Source of the DNA: Vulcanimicrobiota bacterium
Lineage (GTDB): Bacteria; Vulcanimicrobiota; Xenobia; Xenobiales; JADMJV01
Reading direction: 5' to 3'
Assembly: GCA_050250895.1 (NCBI GenBank)
Contig: JBFWNU010000001.1
Span: forward strand, 968,008 to 1,032,007
Length of the DNA: 64,000 nt
The translations under genes were made by a program, and so were the position numbers. The notes beneath the pieces are model-generated. The model did no database searches. It was not told the origin of the DNA and was given only the letters and a program-made list of their open reading frames with translations. Below, one piece after another: positions 50,109 through 59,026 of the stretch. How positions within the stretch are numbered: position 1 is the stretch's first letter; every line of letters begins with the position of its first letter.

Positions 50109-50801
50109 TTAGGGCAGGCTGGTCAGCCAGTTGCCCAGAGCAGTGATTTCGGCGTCGGAAATGGAGTTGGCGGGATTGTTGACCGGGTCATAGAGAGGAT
50201 CGGTCTCTTCGAAATAGATTTGCATGGCCCCGTAAGTCCCGCCGTAGTTGTCGACCAGCGCCGGGTCGCGAACGGACTGCTCGACGTAGGCGTCGGGGGC
50301 CAATCCTCCGGTCCAACCGGCGGGTCGCGAGCCGATGCCGGTCAGAGGCACCAAACCGGGAGCGTCGGCATAGCCCATCGAGGGCAAGGAGTGGCAACTC
50401 CAACAAGCCAGGCGTTCGAATGCCGCCTGGCCGGGGTCCTTGGGTGGCAGCTTGCTGCGCAAAAAGCGAGTATTCCGCGTCCCGTGAGTGGTGTGTCTAA
50501 CCTCGACCTCGACCACCGTCAAGTTAGGGTCGCTGCCGAAATTTGGCTGGGTGGTCACGTTATAGGAATACTCGTTGGCGGGGGGGTCGAAAAAGCCGGA
50601 GGAGGGCCCGACGCTGGGAAAGGGAGCCGTCAGCAGTTCACTCACCTTTGAGTTACTGTAGGAGACCAGTTCTGAGGTCTGGCTCACGTTGGCCGTCTGG
50701 CGGGCTCCCAGGATAAAGAGGTTCATCACGAAGGCAGCCGTGATGAACATCAAAAACATCGCCAGCATCAACTCGGGAATGGTCAGACCGCGACGGCTCA
50801 T
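50109..50801 (-). CDS. minor type IV pilin fused to a C-terminal c-type cytochrome
   Basis: RRG|LTIPE class III signal peptide; VVEVEV pilin strand; GQAAFERLA-CWSCH (nt 50405-50391), YVEQSVRDP, GAM, ISDAEITALGNWL class I cytochrome c. Confidence 0.85.
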   Translation of the reverse strand: MSRRGLTIPELMLAMFLMFITAAFVMNLFILGARQTANVSQTSELVSYSNSKVSELLTAPFPSVGPSSGFFDPPANEYSYNVTTQPNFGSDPNLTVVEVEVRHTTHGTRNTRFLRSKLPPKDPGQAAFERLACWSCHSLPSMGYADAPGLVPLTGIGSRPAGWTGGLAPDAYVEQSVRDPALVDNYGGTYGAMQIYFEETDPLYDPVNNPANSISDAEITALGNWLTSLP

Positions 50802-51406
50802 ATCGGTTTGTTGACTCCGATCTCCAGCACCACTGGCTTGCCGATCTGATTGACGTAAAGCTCACAGCGCACCACATCGGCACCGCCGACGACCTGGCGC
50901 GAAACCAGAAACTCGCGCACGTCGCGCACCAGGATCTTGCCGGTGGGCAACTGCGAGGGTAGCGGACTCAAACTATAACTGTCATAGACCATCTTGCGCA
51001 GGCTTCCCGGAGAGGTGGCTGTGGCCGGGACGAACCAGTAGCCCGTGATGATCGAATCGGGGAAACCCGGATAGCCCTCGCGACGATGCCATCCGCTGAT
51101 GCGAAACTCCTGAGTCACATCCGCCCGAGTCGGAGTCGAGGTCAGCGCCGTCGGGGGCAAGCCGAGGGAAAGGCTCAAAGCCGCCTGGGGGTCAGCCGTA
51201 CTCACGTCGCGGGCGATCTCGTCGAGAGCCATGGTGGCTTCGCGAACCGCTTGCACTTTCTCCGAAGAGCGGGCCTGGGTGCGAAATCCCAACACCAGGG
51301 CACGCCCCACCATGGTCATGAAGATGGCCATCAGAGCCCCGGCGACCAGGACCTCGATGAGACTGATACCGCGACTCTTAACGTTGATCATCGTAGAGCT
51401 TCGCAT
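50798..51406 (-). CDS. type IV minor pilin (PilW/GspJ-like)
   Basis: KSRG|ISLIEVLVAG; ALDEIARDV helix; start could be 51391. Confidence 0.85.
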   Translation of the reverse strand: MRSSTMINVKSRGISLIEVLVAGALMAIFMTMVGRALVLGFRTQARSSEKVQAVREATMALDEIARDVSTADPQAALSLSLGLPPTALTSTPTRADVTQEFRISGWHRREGYPGFPDSIITGYWFVPATATSPGSLRKMVYDSYSLSPLPSQLPTGKILVRDVREFLVSRQVVGGADVVRCELYVNQIGKPVVLEIGVNKPI

Positions 51407-51803
51407 ATCCTCCCAGCGGCATCACCAGACGCCGTTCGGTCACCACCGAACCGTCCTCGGCCAGGATTCGCCCCGTGACCGCATAAGTGTTGGGATCGCT
51501 CAGAGCCTCGATCTCGAACTCTTCGGTGGCCGACAAAGTCACCACCACGGGATTGCCCGGGGCCCCATAGATGGGGGCCGTGCGCGGGGTCTGGCGGTCG
51601 AGATAGTTGTAGTACTCGATGCCGGAGCGGGCCAGCGCCTGGGCTCTGGCCTCGGCTTGCTGGTGGCGTTGAAAACCCAGGTCTCGCTGAACATAGGTTA
51701 GAAAGCCTAGCCCTAGCAAGAGCAATAACGAGATCAGGCCGAGGGCCGTGATCAGGGCCGCGCCACGCGCCCCCCACTGGCTCTTCCCACGCATGCCTGT
51801 CAT
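51378..51803 (-). CDS. short PilX/GspK-like minor pilin
   Basis: RG|AALITALGLI (no Glu5), QALARSGIEY PilX N-terminal motif. Confidence 0.8.
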   Translation of the reverse strand: MTGMRGKSQWGARGAALITALGLISLLLLLGLGFLTYVQRDLGFQRHQQAEARAQALARSGIEYYNYLDRQTPRTAPIYGAPGNPVVVTLSATEEFEIEALSDPNTYAVTGRILAEDGSVVTERRLVMPLGGYAKLYDDQR

Positions 51804-51876
51804 TTTATCAGATTCCCGTCGAATTTGCAGCCACCCCTAGACGGGACGGGGCCAACTGGATGTCAAAGCATGGGTT

Positions 51877-52560
51877 ATGCGATGGACCGCCTGGCTCCTA
51901 CTTTTGGCCGTGCTGACGGGCTGCTCTGGCGGCCCGGTCGAACAGCCCCAGAGCCGCGCGACTCCAGAGGCGGCGGTTACGGCGGGGCTCACCTCCGGCG
52001 GACCTGACCTGGCCCCCCTCCCCCCCGCGCCGGCCCACGGTGGGAGCGGCGGGGTCTCGCGGCCAGACGATCCTCCCATCGACTACCATTCCCCTCCGGT
52101 CGACTCGGCCCAGTTTCCGGCCGGCCAGCGCCCTGAGTCTGACCAGACGCCCCCTCCCAGCGAAGAGAGCCCCGAGCAGTGGCGCCAAAACCACAAGGTC
52201 CAGGCCCGGGGGCTGAAGGCCTATCCTGACCTGCTTGGCTATGACCAGGTCGTGGCCAAGTTTCCGCCCGGTTCGTCCATGGCCTCGGTGGTGCGGGGCG
52301 AGAAATTGTACACCAGCTATTGCAAGCAGTGTCACGGAACCGAAGGGTTGCCCGACAAGAAAAGCGAGCTGTTAGCCCGCTATCGCATGGCCGATCTGCG
52401 CCAGCCCCTGACCTACAAATTCGGTTCCGACGAGCGGGCTGTATACCGCAGCATCGCCTTCGGTGTGCCCAGCGCCCCGATGGGCTACTTCAAAGAGTTG
52501 CTGACCGACCAGGATATCTGGGATCTGGTCTACTACCTGCAGAGCAAGACCGGGGGCTAA
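51877..52560 (+). CDS. monoheme cytochrome c lipoprotein
   Basis: Lipobox LTG-C, long Pro-rich tether, RGEKLY...CKQCHG (52321-52335), APM axial Met, LTDQDIWDLVYYL. Confidence 0.9.
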   Translation: MRWTAWLLLLAVLTGCSGGPVEQPQSRATPEAAVTAGLTSGGPDLAPLPPAPAHGGSGGVSRPDDPPIDYHSPPVDSAQFPAGQRPESDQTPPPSEESPEQWRQNHKVQARGLKAYPDLLGYDQVVAKFPPGSSMASVVRGEKLYTSYCKQCHGTEGLPDKKSELLARYRMADLRQPLTYKFGSDERAVYRSIAFGVPSAPMGYFKELLTDQDIWDLVYYLQSKTGG

Positions 52561-54992
52561 CCCTCGGCCAGCACCGGCAGGGCCACCGTGAAGGTAGCGC
52601 CCTGGCCGGGCACCGACTCGACGCTGAGTTCGCCCTGATGGCCACTCACCAACTGATGGGTCACGGACAAGCCCAGCCCGGTGCCCTTGCCCACTTCTTT
52701 GGTGGTGAAAAAAGGCTCGAAAATCCGGGCCTGGACCTCGGGTGCGATACCCGGACCGCTGTCGCGAACCTGCAACAGGACCCGGCCCTGTCGCTGCCCG
52801 GTGCGAATCTCGATGAGCCCTCCTCCGGCCATGACCGCGTCACGAGCGTTGAGCACCAGGTTGGTAATGACCTGCTGCAGTTCGTTCTTATTGGCCAGCA
52901 CCTGAGGCACCGCCTCGAGCTGGTCACGCACCTCGACACCCTCCTGACGAATCTGGCCCCCCAACAGCTCGAGGGTGTCGCGCACCACTTCGTTGACATC
53001 GACCGGCTTCTTGCCTGGGCCGGCCTCACGCGAGTAATAGAGTAGCTTGGCGATGATCTCCTTGGCATTCTGAGCGGCCTGCTCGGCCGTAGCGAGGCGC
53101 TTGGGGACCTTCTCGAACTTCTCCTTATCGAGGCTGCGCCGGGCCATCTGCAGCTGCAACATGACCGCCGCCAGAGGCGAATTGAGTTCGTGGGCGATGC
53201 CAGCGGCCAGCTGGCCTACGGCAGCCAGCTTGCTTGATTGAATCACCTGGGCCTGGGATTCTTGAATCTGGCGTCGGGCCTCGAGCACATCTTGATAGAG
53301 CTGGCAATTGCGCAAGATGACGGCCGCGTGCACAGCCGTCAGATAGAGCATATCCAGGCCCGCCTGGTCAAAGACCGAAGGCTGACTGTGCACCACCAGC
53401 AAGGCCCCTACCACCGAATCCTCCAGCACCATGGGCACGATCAGCAAGCTGGCGAAGTCCCGGTAAGGTGTTCCGAAACGGGATTCACCCACGTTTTCGA
53501 ACAGTAGCGGTCGCTGGCTCTGGCTGACAGCCTGGCACAACTCGGCGATAGCCTGAGGATTCCAGCCCTCCTGACCCGGCCAGATACGAGTCGGGCGACC
53601 ATCCGGCTCGAGGATAGCGCCGGCCTGATGCACCAGAGTCTCCTCGATCAACAGCTGGAGCCGCTCCAACACGTCCTCTCGTCGCAGTGTGCTGCCCAGG
53701 GCTCGCGAGCCGTTGAGCAGCAGGTCCAGTCGCTGATTCCAGGCGGCCAGCTCCTGATTGGCCGAGGCGTGCAACTCGAGGGCATCTTGCAACTCCTGAT
53801 AGTTGCGGGCCGCCTGCAGAGCCACCGAGGCCTGGTCGGCGATAATGGCCAGCAGATGCCGTTGCTGCTTGGACACCTGTAAGGGCCGCCTATCACCTAG
53901 ATAAAGAACGCCCTGTTGATAGATGGGCAGGGCCACCGCCCAGGCCTCGCCCTCGAGCAGACGCGGTCGCGACAGATGCTCGGCCCGGCCCTCGATGATC
54001 AGCCCCCGCTGCCAGCATTCATCGACCACCGGCTCGCTCAACTTGAGCAACGAATAGTCACGCAGTCGGTCCTCGCGAGGGCTGTGATAGCAGACCGGAA
54101 CCGGACCCAATCCCTGATTGAGGAAGATGGCGACCGTTTGACAGCCGAGCGTGCGCCGCACCATCTCGACGGTGGTGTTCAACACGCCCTGAACCTCGAG
54201 GCTACGGGCGAACAGATGCGAGAGCTCTTCCATGAGCACCCGTTCCTCGACCTTGTGGGCCAGGGCGTCCTGGTTCTCTTCTAGCCTGGCCTTGACTTGC
54301 TCGAGCTTGCGCTTGTCTTCCTTCTGCTCGCGCTCCATCACCGCCATGCGTCGAGTCTCGCGCACCTGGAGGGCCTGGGCAGCCACGAAGTGGAAGACGG
54401 AAAAAAGCGGCAGGGTCCAGAGAAAATTGACCAGGCCCCCACCCAGAAAGAGGGCCAGCGCGACTCCCGTCACCACCTCGCCCAGGGCCAACTGCAAGCG
54501 GACAGGCCCATAGGCGGCCAACTCCTTGAGGTCAAACCCTTCATCCTCGATCGCTAGTAGACTCGGCACCAGGCGGGTCGTGCCGAGGTAGACCAGTCCG
54601 GCTCCCAGACCCGCCCAGGCCCCCAGCGCAGCGGTGGTCATCAGGGTCACCACCACCAGGGCGGCCAGGGCCGGAAAGATATCGGCCACCGATTCACGCC
54701 AGATCGCCGCGGCCCGCGGCCCGCCTCGCCCTAGAGCTCGTCCCCCCACCCCTACCACCACCAGCGCGGTGGCGGCGGCCGCGCCCTGGGTCAAAGCCGT
54801 GGCAAGATAGGCTGCGAACGCAGTGCTCAGAAAGCCGAAACAGGGCGTGCGCACCGCCGTCAGCTCGAGCGTCAACGCCAGGGCCACCAGGACCACCAGA
54901 TCCACCCCGCCGCTGGGGTGCTCTGACAGACAAAAGCACAGCACCGCCAGGGCTATACTTAAGAAAGTGAAGAACCCCAGACGGGGAGTCAC
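52557..54992 (-). CDS. membrane sensor histidine kinase with two GAF domains (NtrB-type)
   Basis: Six or seven TM helices, two GAF domains, AAGIAHELNSPL, NLVLNARDA, FEPFFTTKEVGKGTGLGL. Confidence 0.93.
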   Translation of the reverse strand: MTPRLGFFTFLSIALAVLCFCLSEHPSGGVDLVVLVALALTLELTAVRTPCFGFLSTAFAAYLATALTQGAAAATALVVVGVGGRALGRGGPRAAAIWRESVADIFPALAALVVVTLMTTAALGAWAGLGAGLVYLGTTRLVPSLLAIEDEGFDLKELAAYGPVRLQLALGEVVTGVALALFLGGGLVNFLWTLPLFSVFHFVAAQALQVRETRRMAVMEREQKEDKRKLEQVKARLEENQDALAHKVEERVLMEELSHLFARSLEVQGVLNTTVEMVRRTLGCQTVAIFLNQGLGPVPVCYHSPREDRLRDYSLLKLSEPVVDECWQRGLIIEGRAEHLSRPRLLEGEAWAVALPIYQQGVLYLGDRRPLQVSKQQRHLLAIIADQASVALQAARNYQELQDALELHASANQELAAWNQRLDLLLNGSRALGSTLRREDVLERLQLLIEETLVHQAGAILEPDGRPTRIWPGQEGWNPQAIAELCQAVSQSQRPLLFENVGESRFGTPYRDFASLLIVPMVLEDSVVGALLVVHSQPSVFDQAGLDMLYLTAVHAAVILRNCQLYQDVLEARRQIQESQAQVIQSSKLAAVGQLAAGIAHELNSPLAAVMLQLQMARRSLDKEKFEKVPKRLATAEQAAQNAKEIIAKLLYYSREAGPGKKPVDVNEVVRDTLELLGGQIRQEGVEVRDQLEAVPQVLANKNELQQVITNLVLNARDAVMAGGGLIEIRTGQRQGRVLLQVRDSGPGIAPEVQARIFEPFFTTKEVGKGTGLGLSVTHQLVSGHQGELSVESVPGQGATFTVALPVLAEG

Positions 54993-55879
54993 GAGGCAGG
55001 CTCTCGCCAGATGCGGTTGTAAAGTTGCTCGAGGGCGGGCGAGTGCTCGCGCAAAGCCACACTGCGAGCATACAAGAAGGCGGCCAGCTTGAGCTGCTCG
55101 GGCGAGACGACCGAGTTGAGTACGTTGCGATAAAGACAGGCAAAGTCGTTGGGAGCCACCTGGCTGGATTTGACCACCGCGTACATGTCCGTGTTCGAAA
55201 GGGCCTGGATGAACTCGGTGACTTGCTGGTATCCGCCCGCCAGCTGGCTGAACTCGCTACCCGTGGTAGCACTGTTTTGCAACAGCCCTTCGCGCTTGAC
55301 CTCGAGGATGTGGACCTTTTCCCAACTGGCCCGAGCCTGGTCGGGTCCCAGGAGGCGCGAGCGCACCCCGACGTAAAAACAGCGGAACGCCTCTTCGCGT
55401 TGGGTCTCGAGCGAGTTTTGCCCGGTGCGCGCCGCCGCCTGGGTCACCGCCTCGACCATCTTGCGCGCACCGGCTTTGACCTTGTCGAACAGCTGAGAAT
55501 AACGGCTGCGTTCTTGCTCGGCCGAGAGCACCCGCTCGACAGCCGCGAGAAAGTCGTCAAGAGAGAACGGCTTATGAAGGTAGTCCTCGGCCTGCACCTT
55601 CATGGCCCGGGTGGGCGCGTCCTGACTAGCATAACCGGTAATCACGATGGAGCGGGCATTGGGCTGCAGAGCCTTGAGGCAACCCAGGCACTCGATGCCA
55701 TCCATCCCTTCCATGCGCACGTCAGCCACCATCAAGTCAAAGCGATGCATCCGAGCCAACTCGAGGGCAGCTTTGCTGCTGGGGGCGGCGAAGACGGTGT
55801 AGTCTTCCTCCTCAAGGGCTTCTTCGAGAGTTGCCCGCAGAATGTCGTCGTCTTCGAGGACCAGGATTCGATGTGCCAC
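54989..55879 (-). CDS. response regulator with an unknown C-terminal output domain
   Basis: REC (LEDD, ADVRMEG, HKPF); GTGA overlap with the kinase. Confidence 0.88.
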   Translation of the reverse strand: MAHRILVLEDDDILRATLEEALEEEDYTVFAAPSSKAALELARMHRFDLMVADVRMEGMDGIECLGCLKALQPNARSIVITGYASQDAPTRAMKVQAEDYLHKPFSLDDFLAAVERVLSAEQERSRYSQLFDKVKAGARKMVEAVTQAAARTGQNSLETQREEAFRCFYVGVRSRLLGPDQARASWEKVHILEVKREGLLQNSATTGSEFSQLAGGYQQVTEFIQALSNTDMYAVVKSSQVAPNDFACLYRNVLNSVVSPEQLKLAAFLYARSVALREHSPALEQLYNRIWREPAS

Positions 55880-56022
55880 GCTGGCAAGTTCTCATCGGCC
55901 GGCCCCCGTCCCTCCGCTGCAGGACGGTTACAATCTGTTTACATTCGCCAGTCAAAAGGCAGCCGCCGATCAGATGGGGTTGATATTCTCAGCTTAGAAA
56001 TCGATCTGGAGGGTATCGAAAG

Positions 56023-56763
56023 ATGTGCTACGCCAATCTTAGCTTAAATCTCAACTTCGGCTTCGGCCCCGGTGGCTGCGTCACGCCGCCCCACCACCAC
56101 GGTCCCCACCATCATCATCACGGTTCTCAAGGTCCCCATCACCACCATCCCGGACCCCACGGTCCCCATCACCACCATCCCGGACCCCACGGTCCCCATC
56201 ACCACCATCCCGGACCCCACGGTCCCCATCACCACCACAGCGGCAATCTCAGCGACGCGGTGGTGGGCCACAAGCCTGGTTTCTTCGGCTGCCGCGATAC
56301 GAAGGGCTACGGCCTCGACCTCAACAACAACGGCCGCTATGACGCCGGCCGTGACGGAGTGCTCGGTTTTGACTTCAATCGCAACGGCCAGATCGACCGT
56401 AAGGAGATCGAGCGCTCTCGCGAAGCCCTGAAGGCCTTCGGCGGCAACTATGACCTCAACGGCGACGGCCGCACTTCGCTGTGCGAAAAGATGCGCGGCA
56501 ACTCTCTGCAGAAACGCATGCAGGGCATCGACACCAATCATGACGGCCGCTTGAGCGCCGGTGAAATCGCCAGCGGTGGAGGACGCGTGCTAGTCGACCA
56601 GAACCGCGACGGCAACTTCTCGCCCAACGAGTCCTTCAGCCCGTTCAACATTCCGACCCCCGGCTTCGGTCGCGGTCGACTAGACTTCGTCGATCCGCAA
56701 TACAATCACAACCAGGTAAGCCACGGTTGGTCCTGGGGCCACCCGCCCTACTTCGGTTGCTAG
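56023..56763 (+). CDS. His/Pro/Gly-repeat protein with EF-hand-like DxNxxG motifs
   Basis: GGAGG RBS; (GPHHHHPGPH)n, then DLNNNG, DFNRNG, DLNGDG, DTNHDG, DQNRDG. Confidence 0.8.
   Translation: MCYANLSLNLNFGFGPGGCVTPPHHHGPHHHHHGSQGPHHHHPGPHGPHHHHPGPHGPHHHHPGPHGPHHHHSGNLSDAVVGHKPGFFGCRDTKGYGLDLNNNGRYDAGRDGVLGFDFNRNGQIDRKEIERSREALKAFGGNYDLNGDGRTSLCEKMRGNSLQKRMQGIDTNHDGRLSAGEIASGGGRVLVDQNRDGNFSPNESFSPFNIPTPGFGRGRLDFVDPQYNHNQVSHGWSWGHPPYFGC
56101..56237 (+). repeat. 30-bp coding tandem repeat GGTCCCCATCACCACCATCCCGGACCCCAC
   Basis: Perfect copies at 56131, 56161 and 56191; degenerate copy at 56101; partial copy at 56221. Confidence 0.95.
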
Positions 56764-56772
56764 TCCAGACAC

Positions 56773-56792
56773 GCCCCGGCAGCCGCCGGGGC
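56773..56792 (+). terminator. GC hairpin after the His-rich gene, possible terminator
   Basis: GCCCCGGC-AGCC-GCCGGGGC; weak U-tract. Confidence 0.4.
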
Positions 56793-56840
56793 ACTGTCTG
56801 CTTCTAGGGGCGAGCGCGGCCCGCAGCGAAGGGGCTCGTA

Positions 56841-58172
56841 ATGGAAGTCATACACCTTCCCCCCGGCATGGTGGGTTATCTCAATTGCCTGTGGTGGGGC
56901 GAGAGCGACCAGACGGAGCAGCAAGAGGAGTTTCGCGCCCTCTGGCAGGCAACCAGGGCCTGGTTCGAGTTCAATTCAGCCTACTGCCTCGACGAGGGCG
57001 AGAGTCGTGATTTCGAGAACTTCGAAGTGGTCTGGCAAGAAGTGATCGCCGAACTCGACCAACGCGAGCCCAGCCTGGAGCGACTGGTCCCGCCCCTGTA
57101 TCAGGCGATTAGACTCATGAACCAGATTAATCGCCACCGCCAGACCCCTCACTTCTCTTCCCTGGCCGCCGTCAACGAAGTTCTCATGGCCGGCGCGGCC
57201 CTGGCCTCCGGGCGAGGGCAGCCCCGCGCGCTGGCTGAGCGTCTGCCCCTGGCCCAGGAGTATCTCGGCAATCTCAAGGCCATGCTCGCAGCTCGCCGGG
57301 AACGCATTCCGGCCGAGGCCCTGGCCGAACTCGAGAAGGGCTTTGGTTGGTGTGATCAAGCCCTCAAGAGCCTGACTGCCGCCCGCGTCAAAGAAGGACT
57401 CGAGCTGCTCAAGGCCGGCGCCAGCCTGGTCGAGTTTCTGGTCGATTGGGACATCCAGGCTCAGCAGCAGTTTCGCCAGCGCTACTCACGCTTCAACATC
57501 CCGCTCATCGGGCCAGACCTTGAACTGGGCCTCGAGAGCGCCAGAGACGGTGAGCGAAGGCGTTGGGCTCGGGGGGTGCGCCACACCCTCAACGACCTGG
57601 TTCCTCGCCTGGAAGAATTCTGGGAAATGACCGGTAACTGCCTGTTACTGCCGGCCGACTCTCGAGTCGAACTGGTCACCGAAGCCAGCGTCATGATCGA
57701 AGAACTCAAGGCCGCTTTGGCCAACCTGACCGACCAGGAAGTAGCCGCGGAAGAGGCCCTGGCGGGTTACGAGCAGGCCCTGGAAGCCTGTTCGGAAGTG
57801 TTTACGGCCGTGCAAGCGGCCGCTTTACGCGGCGAGCACCTGCGAGGCTCCCTGGCCGGAACCTACCACGAACTCTTGCGCGGGGTGTTGGCCGGCAGCG
57901 TGCCCGATGCGGCGGTAGCCGAACTGCTCGACACCGCTCCTCCCGAGCCGGGTTGGAAGGTAGCCCCACATCTTGAGGCCTACCTGGAGGGAGGCCCCGA
58001 AGAGTGTCTTCTCGAGGCAGCTACTGCCTTGCACCAGGCCAATCCCAAACCCGAGACGGCCAACCAACCGAGCTGGCGAGAATGCGTCTATTGCGGTCAT
58101 CAAAATCCGTTGCAGGAAGCCTTCTGCCAATCGTGCCAGGGCTTGCTGGTGAGCCTGGCTCAACTGGCCTAA
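56841..58172 (+). CDS. helical hypothetical protein with a C-terminal zinc ribbon
   Basis: CVYCGHQN..FCQSC at the C-terminus; all-alpha body. Confidence 0.75.
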   Translation: MEVIHLPPGMVGYLNCLWWGESDQTEQQEEFRALWQATRAWFEFNSAYCLDEGESRDFENFEVVWQEVIAELDQREPSLERLVPPLYQAIRLMNQINRHRQTPHFSSLAAVNEVLMAGAALASGRGQPRALAERLPLAQEYLGNLKAMLAARRERIPAEALAELEKGFGWCDQALKSLTAARVKEGLELLKAGASLVEFLVDWDIQAQQQFRQRYSRFNIPLIGPDLELGLESARDGERRRWARGVRHTLNDLVPRLEEFWEMTGNCLLLPADSRVELVTEASVMIEELKAALANLTDQEVAAEEALAGYEQALEACSEVFTAVQAAALRGEHLRGSLAGTYHELLRGVLAGSVPDAAVAELLDTAPPEPGWKVAPHLEAYLEGGPEECLLEAATALHQANPKPETANQPSWRECVYCGHQNPLQEAFCQSCQGLLVSLAQLA

Positions 58173-58987
58173 GCGCGCCCGCGCCGGCCGTAATGGCGGG
58201 CCCACTCGCGGCGGGCAACCCGGGTCAACAAAGGACGCTCGAGCATGGAATAGGCCTCTTCGTAAAGCTCGAGGGCCAACTGAAACCAGTGATTGCGCTC
58301 GCCCAGCCACCAGTTCAGGTCGCGAGCCAGAGCCAGGGCGGCCCCGGGGGCGCCGACTTTGACGGCCCCGCGGCCCGCATTACGAATCTTGTCGTAGTCA
58401 CGATTCTCGATCAAGAGGCGACGGAATTCGTGGTGCATCAGGCTCAGAGGAGCGGGCTCTTCAGGAACCACCAGGCCTAGCTGGTCGGCTGTCCAGTAAG
58501 CCGACTGAGAACGCCGCCGGGTCTGCAACTCTTCGAGATCCTGGGCCGGCTGACCCCAGCCCAACTGGTCAAGCCACTCACAGCGAGAGCCACTCTCTTC
58601 CGTCAGGCGGGCGAAGAAGCCCTGGAGAGTCTCCGACACCACCCCGCAACTCTCGCAATCTTCGATCGCCAGGCGGCCGACGAATAGCTCTTCACCTTGA
58701 TAACGGTCGGGATCGTCGACTACGAACCCATAGTAGTGGGGCTCGCGACCCGAGCGCAGAGCAAAGGGAAAAAACTCTGGTGGCATCTGCGGCTCTCGCA
58801 ACGATACCGGAGAGCCGCCGAGAAACGGAAACAGCGGCCCGCCTAGTTCGAGGCCCAGAAGTGCGAAGGCCAGGTGGGGAGCCCTCGGATTCTGCTCTAA
58901 GGCCGCCTTGACCAACGTCACAAATGCATCTGGCACCCGAAATCCGAACGCGTCGGTCAGATTTTCAACATTAGGCTCGAGTTCCAT
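58169..58987 (-). CDS. HPF1/DUF2228-like protein
   Basis: FGFRVPDAF, LGLELGGP, PPEFF, HYYGFVVDDP, TADQLGLVVP, PGAALALARDL, AYSMLERPLL line up in order with HPF1 blocks recalled from memory. Confidence 0.7.
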   Translation of the reverse strand: MELEPNVENLTDAFGFRVPDAFVTLVKAALEQNPRAPHLAFALLGLELGGPLFPFLGGSPVSLREPQMPPEFFPFALRSGREPHYYGFVVDDPDRYQGEELFVGRLAIEDCESCGVVSETLQGFFARLTEESGSRCEWLDQLGWGQPAQDLEELQTRRRSQSAYWTADQLGLVVPEEPAPLSLMHHEFRRLLIENRDYDKIRNAGRGAVKVGAPGAALALARDLNWWLGERNHWFQLALELYEEAYSMLERPLLTRVARREWARHYGRRGRA

Positions 58988-59026
58988 CGCCGGTGACTTC
59001 GACGCCGCCAGCGATTGCGCCTGTTG

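Noticed and set aside
55946-55972. Sigma28 promoter (GCCGATCA) before the His-rich gene
   Set aside because: The -10-like word is present but there is no TAAA -35 element at the right spacing
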